A stretch of 63,663 nucleotides of DNA, counting the filler, from Octopus bimaculoides (taxonomy: Eukaryota), in the NCBI RefSeq assembly GCF_001194135.2. It is 5 parts of 4 records of this genome, joined end to end, with 100 filler letters (N's around TTAATTAATTAA, not from the genome) between each part and the next. Parts side by side here need not be neighbours in the genome. Positions count along the whole stretch, not along the records: positions 1 to 27,709 come from NC_068981.1; 4 more parts are not named here. The stretch is one strand, 5' to 3'. The position numbers and the translations under genes are program-made. Below the pieces are notes generated by a model. It saw only the letters and a program-made list of their open reading frames with translations, was not told the DNA's origin and made no database searches. Positions 1-13,737 of this stretch are shown here, in pieces (the stretch's first letter is position 1; the number at the start of each line of letters is the position of its first letter).

Positions 1-30
1 TATACACACGTACACAGCACACATCACATA

Positions 31-62
<32 letters not shown>

Positions 63-2359
63 GATGTGTTTTGATATGGATGCGGTACTATTTTGAATAA
101 ATGTAAGATTGCTTTTCAAGAATTCCTGTTATCTCTCAGTCTCTCTGACCCTTTTGTTTTCATCTAGACAAAAAAATTGCATATTATAGAAACAATGAGA
201 AAATTATTTGACTAGACTGAAAAATACAATGAATTGGTTTGGTATATGAAAGATAGAACGATAAAACATGACATAATTCTATAAATATGACAGCGAAATT
301 TTTGTTTCAGAAGAATATTAAAAATCGATTAATGATAATGATATAAGTAATTTAGACTAAAGGAAAGAATTATTCAGATTAATAGATTTAAAATTATACA
401 CAATATCAACTTTGGCATATTTCCTGTAGTAGTTATCCAATAAATAAGCAGAAAGATAACAATAAGATTTGTAATCTATTAAATAAAATACGATATGAGT
501 AGTAGACAAATGCAAATCATAACAAATATTAGAAACAAAGATAGCAAAAAAAAAAAATTATAATGGTGATCAGAAAATTCAAATATGCGTGATAAACAAA
601 GAAAAAATCAATAGAAAATTTGTAAGAACGTGGGTAAAGATATAGAAGTTATCTTTCTTTCGCATTGGCAACATTTGTTTTGCAAAGAAGCAACTAGTAT
701 GTTCCCCAATACTCGATAACGTCAAAGCGCATTAATACATTTAGGAAGATATGAATTATTTCACCGTTTTTCTTTTTTAACACTTTGCCAATTATGGAAT
801 ATTTCGCCAAACTTACAATCATTATCATTCCGTGAATTTATGATAATGTTAGGTTTTTTCAAGCAATACTCACAATTGATGCATCAACATTTTAAACTTG
901 AAAAAGATTTCGCAAAGAAAAAGTTAGCGAATAAAAAAAAAAAGGAAAATCAAAATCCGATTATTGGTTATATATTAGTTAAAACGAATATGCTGAAAGT
1001 TTTTAGCAAGCTTAAATGCACATTTGTACAGCTGTTTCAATATTTCTTACGCAATACTAAATATCAAAGAGAGTTAAAATTTATATAATTAGTTTTTTTA
1101 CTTATACAAGTCGTAGGAATAATATCATGAATAATCTGTTGAAATATGATTTACAAGAACTCGAAAGCCCTTAGAGAAGGAAAAATGAATAAAGAAAACG
1201 AAGAGAAAATAGGATATATATGTATGTAAGCGTTTGTGTATTTGCTGCATATAAGTCTATATGCATGAACAAAGACCAAAGAAATGCCTGTTAGTATAAG
1301 TCTTTAGGTGTTAGTGTGTTTAATAATTATAGAGATGATAAACCTTTTACTAACAACGACAGCGAAGTGAATGTTTATAATGATAACTCAATGATAATGA
1401 TGGCGATCGCTTTTATAGCAGCAAGTGTAATAATAACTAATAGTATTTTTGTTTTATTTTTCGATTTACTTTAGATATTATTTTCCTTTTGTTGGTTTGT
1501 TAGGACAAAATACAGAGACTTGAAATATAAAGGAATTTCTAACTGTAATTCTATCAAACTGCATTGATAAGGTAAGTGGGAGATACAATTTGTAGAGCTC
1601 TGAAGTTGAAAGAATGTCGTAAAATTATAGTGGTGGGAAACTGAAGATATGGAGAAAGCAACTAACGAATCAATGCCGTGACAAAAAGATCAAAGACCTC
1701 ATGCCAACAGATATAATGAGATAAATTTATATCTTCTGAACCAGAGTTGCAAAAAGACAATATCAATAATAGAAGGGATAATAGTGAAACATGAGATAAA
1801 GCAAGTGAGATAGAAAGAGGGAGAGAGAGAAGGAGGAAGAGAGAAATNNNNNNNNNNNNNNNNNNNNNNNNNNNNNNNNNNNNNNNNNNNNNNNNNNNNN
1901 NNNNNNNNNNNNNNNNNNNNNNNNNNNNNNNNNNNNNNNNNNNNNNNNNNNNNNNNNNNNNNNNNNNNNNNNNNNNNNNNNNNNNNNNNNNNNNNNNNNN
2001 NNNNNNNNNNNNNNNNNNNNNNNNNNNNNNNNNNNNNNNNNNNNNNNNNNNNNNNNNNNNNNNNNNNNNNNNNNNNNNNNNNNNNNNNNNNNNNNNNNNN
2101 NNNNNNNNNNNNNNNNNNNNNNNNNNNNNNNNNNNNNNNNNNNNNNNNNNNNNNNNNNNNNNNNNNNNNNNNNNNNNNNNNNNNNNNNNNNNNNNNNNNN
2201 NNNNNNNNNNNNNNNNNNNNNNNNNNNNNNNNNNNNNNNNNNNNNNNNNNNNNNNNNNNNNNNNNNNNNNNNNNNNNNNNNNNNNNNNNNNNNNNNNNNN
2301 NNNNNNNNNNNNNNNNNNNNNNNNNNNNNNNNNNNNNNNNNNNNNNNNNNNNNNNNNNN

Positions 2360-2407
<48 letters not shown>

Positions 2408-2954
2408 TATATCATATATCATATGAGGCATTTAGTAACAGACAGTCGTAAGCGCCACAACTGAAAAACCGAGAAAAACGCTGTGAAAGTTTCGCGACTA
2501 TCAGAATGCAAGATCTCGGCAAGGAGTGAAGTAATGAAGCTGGACTTGGTCTTACAAATGATCTTGAAAGCCTATGATTCCCCCCATGTTAAATTATTTA
2601 TTTATGTATGCGTCTTTCTTACTTTGTATAATATACGGGTACTACGAAACGGTGTATCACATTGCATATTTTAGTTATAATGCCCAGAAAAACATACGGA
2701 GAGTCGTTCAAAGTATTGCTTGTGTTTTAATATACCAAGGTAAGTATCCTTAAGAGGTAAGTAAGATAATAGCTCATTATCGTTACGATGGTAATGAGGA
2801 ATATTAGAAATTGAGCCATAACACATCGAAAAACGATACAGGGACCATACGAAATTTATTGATTGAGTGTGTGTAATTACGATGGTGTGTTACTAAACTC
2901 TCTAGTCTAAGTTTGTGTTTAGCGAGCGAGCGTCGTGTCAATAGTGTCGAATTT

Positions 2955-3660
2955 CAATTTTTTGCAGCTGATATCTCAGATAGAAACCTGTCCACACCTT
3001 CCTTGATAACTTTCATATCAACACCATGTAGATCTCTAAGGTTGCCTGGAAGGATGTTGAACAATTGCGGGGTCTTGAAACTCAGACTATTGCAGTAGTG
3101 TGTCCTTATTTTAGATGGGGAAGACAGGATCTTTGGTATGATGCAGTGCTGTCCAGTTTGAGGATTGGTATAGCTGTCAATTCCAAAATTGGAAGCTAAA
3201 CCCTCCAAGATCTTTCACATATATATCACTGTATATCTCTCTTGTCTTCTCTCCAGAGAATAGAACCTCAGCTCTTTTCGTCTCACTCAGTAGCCATCTT
3301 TTACATAAAGTAAATCTTCTTTGTGTATTGGCGCTGGATTGCTTCGAGTTCCACAGTTTGTTTCCCACTCCATGTGGACCATAGCGTAGTAATCTAAACA
3401 GCTGAGAACGAAAGTCTTCCTTAGGTGTAGCAGGGCCTACTTTTCCTGGTTCTGAATGTTTTCAGAATCCATCCAGCCACTCGCCTGCACAGTATTGCCA
3501 TCATGGTATTATGCACATGGAATGTTGCGTCATTGCTCATGTGAACCCCCAGGTCACGCACCGACCCTGACTCTGGGATGATATTGCATTCTGGTCCAGT
3601 GTATTCCGATTTTAGCCTTGTGTTGGATTGACAGTGGTGTGCCCGAACTTTCATAGCATT
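2955..3660 (-). mobile_element. CR1/L2-like LINE 3' fragment (degenerate RT C-terminus)
   Basis: Minus-strand frames give VRDLGVHMSNDATFHVH..RRVAGWILKTFRTR, QRRFT, and YCNSLSFKTPQLFNILPGNLRDL, which are typical CR1-clade RT C-terminal motifs. The fragment is frameshifted and 5'-truncated. Confidence 0.8.
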
Positions 3661-4409
3661 GAACTTTATGTTTTTGTTTCTCCCATTTGTAAATTTTGTT
3701 CATGTCTGCAATACATTTGTGTCGTCAGCATATAACTTCGGGCAGACAAACGTCTTGTTAGTAAATTTAGTAAATTTGGTATATGTGTGTGTGTGTGTGT
3801 NNNNNNNNNNNNNNNNNNNNNNNNNNNNNNNNNNNNNNNNNNNNNNNNNNNNNNNNNNNNNNNNNNNNNNNNNNNNNNNNNNNNNNNNNNNNNNNNNNNN
3901 NNNNNNNNNNNNNNNNNNNNNNNNNNNNNNNNNNNNNNNNNNNNNNNNNNNNNNNNNNNNNNNNNNNNNNNNNNNNNNNNNNNNNNNNNNNNNNNNNNNN
4001 NNNNNNNNNNNNNNNNNNNNNNNNNNNNNNNNNNNNNNNNNNNNNNNNNNNNNNNNNNNNNNNNNNNNNNNNNNNNNNNNNNNNNNNNNNNNNNNNNNNN
4101 NNNNNNNNNNNNNNNNNNNNNNNNNNNNNNNNNNNNNNNNNNNNNNNNNNNNNNNNNNNNNNNNNNNNNNNNNNNNNNNNNNNNNNNNNNNNNNNNNNNN
4201 NNNNNNNNNNNNNNNNNNNNNNNNNNNNNNNNNNNNNNNNNNNNNNNNNNNNNNNNNNNNNNNNNNNNNNNNNNNNNNNNNNNNNNNNNNNNNNNNNNNN
4301 NNNNNNNNNNNNNNNNNNNNNNNNNNNNNNNNNNNNNNNNNNNNNNNNNNNNNNNNNNNNNNNNNNNNNNNNNNNNNNNNNNNNNNNNNNNNNNNNNNNN
4401 NNNNNNNNN

Positions 4410-4498
<89 letters not shown>

Positions 4499-4529
4499 TC
4501 TCTGTGTGTGCGTTGCTTTGTTTTTGTGT

Positions 4530-4730
4530 TTGTTCCTCTACCACAGCTTTACAACCAATGTCAGTCCTTTATGTTCTCCTAACCTAGTGGTTCGACAAAC
4601 TAGACAGATGGAATAATATCACGTATTAAAAAAGGAGTACTGAGGTCGATTCGTTCAACTAAGAGTTTTCAAGTCAGTGCCCAAGCATGACCGCAGTTTA
4701 ATGGCTGAATCAATTAAAAGCATGAAAAAT
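4530..4730 (+). mobile_element. SINE family A, degenerate 3' half
   Basis: Similar to the 3' half of the full copies at 52957 and 59757 (GAGGTCGATTCGTTCAACTAAG...CAAGCATGACCGCAG...GCTGAA). Confidence 0.6.
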
Positions 4731-5377
4731 AAATAATTGTAACAACGTCATGGACTGCAAAATTATTCAATGCCACATATTTACAAGAAAATGAAATGTT
4801 TTGCGGCTATAGTTCTTTTTATTTTTATTTTTTATTAATTTTTTTTTTACTTTTGCTACTTTTCCCGGAATGTGAAACAAAATATTCTAAGAATGTTTCG
4901 GGAATATTGATAACGAGTGCCGCTCGCAACATAGGCTTTCGGCAATATGGCACATGAGTGGTATGCCACATGAATAGAATGCTTTCAGGAACAATTTTCT
5001 GTTAGCAAATTTTACTTTCAAGACACTGGTTAATCTGAAGATAGCACAATAAACACCGAAGGTGCCACGCAGAAATATCATTTCCTGAACTATGTTCTAA
5101 CAACAAAGGTTGTGTCGGTACCGAAAACACATCTCTGCTCTTGCCCGAACGCATCTGCCCGCAACCCTCACATCCACGCAAAGAATAAAAATAAAAACAC
5201 GCATGCAAAACGAACCTCTGACGCTGTGCAGGCATCGAAAACTTGACATATGATGTAATATAGTTTAGAAAAGAAATATGTTTACGTTCCGTACCCACTG
5301 TGTTTCGGGCTGCTGAACATTAATATCACACGAAATCAGGTATGGCCAACAGGTATCATGCATTTGAAAGAAGCGTT

Positions 5378-5435
<58 letters not shown>

Positions 5436-7903
5436 TGCTTTTTTTTTTCTAACACGGTGATTAATGCGATGTAATGCACAGCTGTTAGCTTAGAAATATT
5501 TAGAGATAATAAGCTGAAAATTTACTATCGCTATGTTTTCAAATTCTGTGTTTCACAAACAAGAAATGATTTCCATTTATACAAATATCCATTCAATCTC
5601 TCCCTATTCTCTTTCTCTCTCAGTCTTTCACATACTCAAACATGTAGCGACACACACGTACATATATACACGCAATATAATTCATGAACACAACAGTTTC
5701 CAATCTTTGGAATTCACACATATTTCGTGCGCTGTTGGTGGCTTATGTTTATTTGGCGATAAGAATAGTAAACAGCTCTAGTTTATACACACATGCAACA
5801 AAACAAAATCAAATTATGTAATAAGTCAATATGAATATATTTTATTTCAGCTGTTTAACGTAATGCTATAAAATAAAGAAATAATATTTCTCGATATCTG
5901 AATATAAAATTGGCGTTAAGTCTTCAGTTGATTAATTATGAATTCACTTACACAACTGGTTTCGTTAACTCGTAGATAGTCTCTAAGAGAAATTTACTTT
6001 GTCTTTCATAACCTTAACCCACCCTAGAAACAAGCATAGAATCTATTATATAAAATTAAAAGATTGTGAATTAGTAGATGTGGTAGAGCTGTTGGATAAC
6101 ACTGTGTTATCTTCGTTTCAAATGTCTCTGAGATGAACATTGCGTTTCATCTTCCATAATGGTTGATGTAAAAATACTAGAAAATTACTGAGTCACGTTC
6201 ATTGACTGCACCCTCCCACACCTACAAAGCGTCGTCTTAAGTCTTTATTAGAAACTATATACACATAAAGATTTTCGCGGTAATATGTTGAATACAGAGA
6301 CATCTCGTGTCACTAAAGAATAATCCAAGCAGCGTAAAAACTCAAATGACGGCTATACTTGTCACAGGCATAGGTGATTCTCGTATATTCGCTAAAAATA
6401 TATCGACCAAGAAAACAAACTTTATGTAGTTGCAAACTTGAAGACTGAGCTAACATATTTTCTGAAAATATCATGTTAGAATTACATATTGATCAATATA
6501 TATAGAATGCGTCAAGCGAGAGGGTCATGAATGGAAAGTCACTGAAAATATAGGTATAACATTGATCAATGTAAAATTCATTTTAAAACGCTTGTAAATA
6601 TAGGAGTAATGATAGTAATATTGATATTTTCGTTAGCATAATACGTTTCCCGATTCGGCCCTATTGCATAGCAACTTCGGCACATGTATTTTAGTAGAAC
6701 AGCCTACACACATACACGTCGCACGCGCATGCACACACACACACACACGCACGCACGCACATATGCATATATCAAAAGGAGCAAGATTTTTTGCTACCCA
6801 TCAACCCAACGACTGGTATCTCAGGTTGTGTGGCTAACGTACTCCTATGGTTGGATTACTCACTTTTTCTATCTGGGAGGAGTGGTATAACATAATCTGA
6901 AATGTTGTGCTCAAGAGCACAACGCATCATTCGATCCTGAAACCAAAACCATTTTATAACGATCATGAGTACNNNNNNNNNNNNNNNNNNNNNNNNNNNN
7001 NNNNNNNNNNNNNNNNNNNNNNNNNNNNNNNNNNNNNNNNNNNNNNNNNNNNNNNNNNNNNNNNNNNNNNNNNNNNNNNNNNNNNNNNNNNNNNNNNNNN
7101 NNNNNNNNNNNNNNNNNNNNNNNNNNNNNNNNNNNNNNNNNNNNNNNNNNNNNNNNNNNNNNNNNNNNNNNNNNNNNNNNNNNNNNNNNNNNNNNNNNNN
7201 NNNNNNNNNNNNNNNNNNNNNNNNNNNNNNNNNNNNNNNNNNNNNNNNNNNNNNNNNNNNNNNNNNNNNNNNNNNNNNNNNNNNNNNNNNNNNNNNNNNN
7301 NNNNNNNNNNNNNNNNNNNNNNNNNNNNNNNNNNNNNNNNNNNNNNNNNNNNNNNNNNNNNNNNNNNNNNNNNNNNNNNNNNNNNNNNNNNNNNNNNNNN
7401 NNNNNNNNNNNNNNNNNNNNNNNNNNNNNNNNNNNNNNNNNNNNNNNNNNNNNNNNNNNNNNNNNNNNNNNNNNNNNNNNNNNNNNNNNNNNNNNNNNNN
7501 NNNNNNNNNNNNNNNNNNNNNNNNNNNNNNNNNNNNNNNNNNNNNNNNNNNNNNNNNNNNNNNNNNNNNNNNNNNNNNNNNNNNNNNNNNNNNNNNNNNN
7601 NNNNNNNNNNNNNNNNNNNNNNNNNNNNNNNNNNNNNNNNNNNNNNNNNNNNNNNNNNNNNNNNNNNNNNNNNNNNNNNNNNNNNNNNNNNNNNNNNNNN
7701 NNNNNNNNNNNNNNNNNNNNNNNNNNNNNNNNNNNNNNNNNNNNNNNNNNNNNNNNNNNNNNNNNNNNNNNNNNNNNNNNNNNNNNNNNNNNNNNNNNNN
7801 NNNNNNNNNNNNNNNNNNNNNNNNNNNNNNNNNNNNNNNNNNNNNNNNNNNNNNNNNNNNNNNNNNNNNNNNNNNNNNNNNNNNNNNNNNNNNNNNNNNN
7901 NNN

Positions 7904-7935
<32 letters not shown>

Positions 7936-7936
<1 letters not shown>

Positions 7937-8125
7937 TTTTGTGTTTAGTTTGCAAGATTCTTTATGCGAATTCGTGTATTGAAGCCTATTCTATTGTGTC
8001 TAGGGGGAGTCATTCTCTTTTAGTGCCTTATTATTTAACACACTCACCGGTTCCATTTCTACTCATTTAGCTATTCATTTTTTCTACAATTTTCGTTGCA
8101 TTGTGCCACCTTTTCAATAGTCGTT
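7936..8125 (-). repeat. Interspersed repeat, probable Penelope-type terminal repeat (copy 1)
   Basis: Aligns by eye over about 190 bp with 35080-35275. Both copies abut (TA)n tracts and carry the same hammerhead-like motif. The Penelope assignment is inference. Confidence 0.6.
8083..8120 (-). ncRNA. Degenerate minimal hammerhead-like motif (U3-A8 core variant)
   Basis: Minus strand reads CTA-TTGAAAA-G-GTGGCA-CAAA-TGCAAC-GAAA-AT-T-G-TAG. The cleavage-position base is G and stem II has a mismatch, so this copy is probably dead. Confidence 0.3.
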
Positions 8126-8220
8126 CACTATATAATATATATATGATATATATACAATAATATATATAATATATATTACTTGTTTAAATCCGTAGACTGC
8201 GATACACACGCGCACATATG

Positions 8221-8368
8221 TATACAACGGGCTTCTTTCAGTTTCTCTTTACCAAATCCTTTGACAAGACTTTGATTAACACGGAGCTATAGAAGAATAC
8301 ACTTGCTCAATGTGTCAGACAGTGGTAATAAACACGGGACCACGTGGATGGGAAGCAAGCTTCTTACC
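8221..8368 (-). mobile_element. SINE family A, degenerate 5' head
   Basis: Reverse complement resembles the tRNA-derived head seen at 52957-53110. Confidence 0.7.
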
Positions 8369-9518
8369 CCGTGAGTAATTGAAGAGTGTTTGAACTCAGA
8401 TTGTAGAGAGAAGAAACCTCACCATAAAACATTATTTAACAAATATCTGTCACTCGAATGGCTGTTAAGTAGCCTATATGTACGTGTGTATTTATATGTT
8501 GATGTATATTTGTGTATGAGTGTGTACTGTGTTGTGTATAATTCGAATTGTTATGTTACTAAACATATACATTTCCCCATACAAATAATTACATGTATGT
8601 ATGAAAGTATATATGTACACACACACACACACACTCACAAACACACACANNNNNNNNNNNNNNNNNNNNNNNNNNNNNNNNNNNNNNNNNNNNNNNNNNN
8701 NNNNNNNNNNNNNNNNNNNNNNNNNNNNNNNNNNNNNNNNNNNNNNNNNNNNNNNNNNNNNNNNNNNNNNNNNNNNNNNNNNNNNNNNNNNNNNNNNNNN
8801 NNNNNNNNNNNNNNNNNNNNNNNNNNNNNNNNNNNNNNNNNNNNNNNNNNNNNNNNNNNNNNNNNNNNNNNNNNNNNNNNTTTTATATAATGACGTTCAA
8901 TGCAAACATAAGGTTATTGACAAAGACACAAGGCTACGTGTATAAATCATACTGAATTAAATTACAATGGCACCGTTGAAGCTACGCATCGTATACAGCC
9001 ACACAAGAACGCTTAGACCCAAACTTACATACATTCTGACTAAGAAATAGACGTTCAATAGGAGAAATATATACACATAAGTTCACAATTACATATACAG
9101 GAACACACATTTAGAGACACATGCGAACGCTCGGAGATTCAAACATACGCATATAACGGCATATACTCATAGAAATACATACAGAAAGACATATACAGAT
9201 AGCTTATAGTGTTAAGCTATCAATTTGCGTGTTTGCCAGAGCTGATGGTTAAAATTTAGATCTAATTAGATTCGATGAATCCCGCAGGGGTGAGTTAGCT
9301 GGCATAAGTGCATAATGATTGTGTTTACGCTCAAGTGACAACGACAGACCAGGTAAACCAATTATAAGTTGTCCAAATTTACTCATGAGGAACCAACACC
9401 GAGATTCCTTTCCTGCCAAACACCTTTTACTACTATTTCCTCCTTATTGGACTTTTATATTTGTTTGTGTGTGTTATTTCGTTATTTAGTGACTGTTAAT
9501 TTTCAGCCTACTAATACC

Positions 9519-10150
9519 ATCACTACTCCTACGATCAGGGTGACGACGACGACGACGACGACGACGACCACCACCACCACCACCACCAGCAGCAGCAGCA
9601 GCACCACCAGCACCACCCCTACTTCCATCTTCATGACGACGACGACAACAGCCACCGCCACCACCAACACCATCATTACCACCTACAACAACTACTCCTA
9701 CTACAACAACTACTACTGCCACGACGACGACAACCACGACCACCACCTAGTACAACTACACCTACAACAACAACAACGGCAACTACTGCTACAACCACTA
9801 TAGTAGCTGCACCTTTTCTTACCCCAACTCCTTTTACTATTTCGCGTAACGATCACTACGATCAACATTACTTTCATACTTCAACCACTAATGGATGGTG
9901 ATGACGGAAAGCTAGAACTACAACTAAAACCACGACCACCACTACAAATGATGCAACCACAAACACCACCACCACCACCACCACCACCATCGCTGCTACA
10001 AACAATACCACTACCACACACCACATCACTACCATTGCCTGAACCAAAATCACAACCTCTGTATGCCTTGCTATTACACCCGAACACCACAAGTGTCAAC
10101 GCTATCTGTATTAACCACATGAATGCCATTAACCACACTCCAACACCCAA
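9519..10150. repeat. Compound trinucleotide microsatellite (ACG/ACC/AGC/AAC/ACT)
   Basis: Successive in-register trinucleotide runs, which produce spurious poly-T/P/V ORFs. Confidence 0.9.
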
Positions 10151-10906
10151 ATATCACTGCCTACGAAATTTGAGGAATTTAATAATGAGCGATTCTAATA
10201 TTACCAAGTAAACAGATTAAAACTACATTTATTCTTCCTTGCTACTGATCTTAAATCAATTTTGTTGATTGCCATTGTAATTCATCTCTTTCTTCGGCGC
10301 AATAAATTGGATCCAATACATATATAACAGTTAAAGTACCGTGCCTTTGTTAAAACATACAGAGCCGTATAAACGACGTCATGATTTGGCCAACAATTAA
10401 ATGTATGATTTGCAGAGAGTAAGCTTTGGAAGTGTTTGCACACAATAGATATGGAATCAAGTATTTACGTGTACACATCTCCCCCACTCCCTCACAAACT
10501 CTCTCCCTCCCTCTCTCTCTGTCACGGATGAATATATATAAGATAAACTTGGAGATGGGTGCGTGGCATTCAATCATATATTGATATAATATATCTATCT
10601 AACTATCTATCTATCTATCTATCTCTCTATCGATATATATATATATATATGTATANNNNNNNNNNNNNNNNNNNNNNNNNNNNNNNNNNNNNNNNNNNNN
10701 NNNNNNNNNNNNNNNNNNNNNNNNNNNNNNNNNNNNNNNNNNNNNNNNNNNNNNNNNNNNNNNNNNNNNNNNNNNNNNNNNNNNNNNNNNNNNNNNNNNN
10801 NNNNNNNNNNNNNNNNNNNNNNNNNNNNNNNNNNNNNNNNNNNNNNNNNNNNNNNNNNNNNNNNNNNNNNNNNNNNNNNNNNNNNNNNNNNNNNNNNNNN
10901 NNNNNN

Positions 10907-10938
<32 letters not shown>

Positions 10939-11099
10939 GGGATACGTTTACGTTCATGCGTTGAAATAACAACACGGAGGGTTAAAATCGAGAATTTATT
11001 GATATCAGTTTCCGGGGTGTAGAAAGTACAATATTTTTCGATCAACGATTGAACTTACATTTTGATAATCTTTTCTCTTATCTTTTCTGTGAATATTTT

Positions 11100-11326
11100 C
11101 AATCATTAGACTGCGTCCATGCTGGAGACACCGCCCTGGATGAAATTTTAGTCGAATGAACCGACATTAGTTCTTTATTTTAGACCTGGTACATATTTAA
11201 TTTTATTTTATCGTTCTGTACTCGAAAACCACTATTTTTCGGATTGTAAACAAACCAACAATAGTTGTCAAACGGTAACGGAAGACAAACACAAACAGAG
11301 AGAGAGAGATAGAGAAAGAGAGAGAT

Positions 11327-11380
<54 letters not shown>

Positions 11381-11582
11381 GGGGGAAAAGAGAGAGGGGG
11401 GAAATAGAGAGACACACACACACAAATTGCACATTACACCACTCATTCGTGATGGCTTGTTTTTCATTTTCTCTCTACCAAATCTGTTCACAAGGATTTA
11501 ATCGGGCCGATGCTACGATGTGGGACTGAACTCGTAACCATGTGCTTCGGAAGCAAGCTTCTTATAGCACAGCCAAATCATG
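11100..11582 (-). mobile_element. SINE family A, degenerate copy interrupted by (GA)n
   Basis: Tail-like CCATGCTGGAGACACCGCC near 11118 and head-like GGGACTGAACTCGTAACCATGTG..CACAGCC at about 11520-11575, both on the minus strand. Confidence 0.6.
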
Positions 11583-12227
11583 TAGGCCTTACAATTAAGA
11601 CAGCCCTGAGTGTCGCACACAGTTGAACGTACGCGTGAAAATCCATATTTTCTCATATACTTAGAAACATATTCACGTACACACACAAACGCGCATACAA
11701 GCACGTACACGCACAAATTAACACAAGCCTGCTTCCAAGTGCATGAACACTTACACATTTTTCTTTATAAATCTCATACATTGTGACAATATAAAAAATA
11801 ATTACTATTCGATTGATGTTATAAATGTGGCTGAAATGGAAACATGTGCAGACGTGTTCAGTATAAGGTTGAGCATAGTTCGTGAGTAATTAGATAAAGT
11901 AATCACAGAGATTTAGGATAATATAATAATCCATATTCTTCTATGGAAGACGAAACAGTTTTAGTTAAATTATTGGGAACATTATTTTACTCAGCACAGA
12001 TTTACCTACTAATATATGTAAGACATCTAACAAAAGCCGTATACGTTATGTATATTAAATAGAATAGATAGAATAACTGATGGGAATACCAGTACCGCAT
12101 CTTCACCACGACTGCAACCTAAACAAAGAAGGAACATTCTATTCTAATTAAAAACAGAAGAGATCATAAATAGGCAGTTCATGTACTTCTATCTATCTAT
12201 CCATCTATCTGTCTATCTATCTCTCTC

Positions 12228-12260
<33 letters not shown>

Positions 12261-12470
12261 ATATATATATATATATATANNNNNNNNNNNNNNNNNNNNN
12301 NNATATCTACATATAAATACACACACACATATATATATAAGGTATATAATATATACAGACACAGACGACACAGGCGCAGAAAAGGAAAGAAACACAAACA
12401 CACACACACACACACACACACACGTACACTCACGCACGCCACACACATACATGCTTGCATACGCACATAC

Positions 12471-12530
<60 letters not shown>

Positions 12531-13316
12531 CTGTGTGTGTATTCAGTATTTAAATATGTGCTACTAATAATTTCAAGGTGTGGAACGATGTTATTTCTGA
12601 AGCTTTATGTATTATGTTTTGTTTTCGACAAGCAGTCCTTCAGATTCCAATACACACACAACACGGCTGATCTTATTACGAGAGACCGAAAAAGAATGCT
12701 GGTCCGTGAGATAGCACAAATAAAGGCGAGAGAAATGTGAATACAAAAGGTTGAATGAGGATAAGTGGATTAAGAAAATTAAAAGATAAATAATAGTGAG
12801 AAAAAAGGAAAAGAAACCCCAAGACTTCCGTTCACTTTGTCCCTCGAAACTATAATTCTGATAGCATGTGTAGAATAATTCTACGGATAGGAGACCAAAA
12901 TCCTTGAGGCAGCATGGTCACTCCAAAAGGGTTGTGTCTTTTAGTTCCGCAGAAGAAAATTTCCATTTGCTAAAGGTTTGTGATCCGAAATTAAGAAATG
13001 CGTTGGAATAGGTTGATCTAAAATTAAAGAGAGACCTTTTGGCTACACATAGCTTGCATCTTTCTCATTCATTCACACATGGTGCGGATTTCTTTACGAT
13101 GCTCATCTCGATTGCATGTAGTGTGTAATTGGTCTTCAGAACCCATTATATTACTAGTCATGTTTGGGACTTTATTCTAGTATCTGTGTTACAATCAAGA
13201 CTAGTGGTGTGCGTATCTATTTTTCAAGAAGCCTTCACATAAACCACCATATTTTTTTTCTTTTGTACACATAAACAGAGATACACGCATACACACACAC
13301 ATACATACACATATAT

Positions 13317-13692
13317 AGGTGCAGGCTTGGCTGTGTGGACAAAAGCTTGTTTTCCAATCACATTTGTTCCGGATGTATTTCCAGTGTCAGGTACCTTGTG
13401 CAAGTGTCTTCTCCTATAGGCTCGGATGACCAAATCAATGTGAGATTTGGTTGAGGGAAATTGAGAGAATCTCGTCGTTTATATACATATGTATGTGTAT
13501 TTTTATCTCTGTGTTTGACCCTCAATACCACTACTTGACAACAGTTTTTTTTAGTGTTTATGTCCTCGTACGTTAGTGGCACAATAAGAACTAGACTAAA
13601 GGAATTAGGCTTTATTCACTCGACTAGAATTTCTTTAAGGCGGTGGCCCAACATGGTCACAGTCTAATGAATGAAACAAGCAAACGATATAA
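13317..13692 (+). mobile_element. SINE family A, full-length, old
   Basis: Head GGCTTGGCTGTGTGG, body CAAGTGTCTTCTCCTATAGG, and tail AAGGCGGTGGCCCAACATGG..GAAACAAG are collinear with the young copies. Confidence 0.75.
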
Positions 13693-13693
13693 G

Positions 13694-13737
<44 letters not shown>

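Noticed and set aside
1027-1070. GAAACAGCTGTA on the minus strand, as in the 63437 motif
   Set aside because: No recognisable CUGANGA core or stem I upstream.
840-1088. 82-aa Lys-rich ORF
   Set aside because: A compositional by-product of A-rich sequence with no motif or splice support.
2675-2739. Candidate exon ending AAG|GTAAGT
   Set aside because: The acceptor is weak and the peptide unrecognisable; isolated GTAAGT is frequent by chance in AT-rich DNA.
6904-6923. Perfect 9-bp hairpin GTTGTGCTC-AA-GAGCACAAC
   Set aside because: It lies in degenerate SINE-like sequence, has a 2-nt loop and no supporting context.
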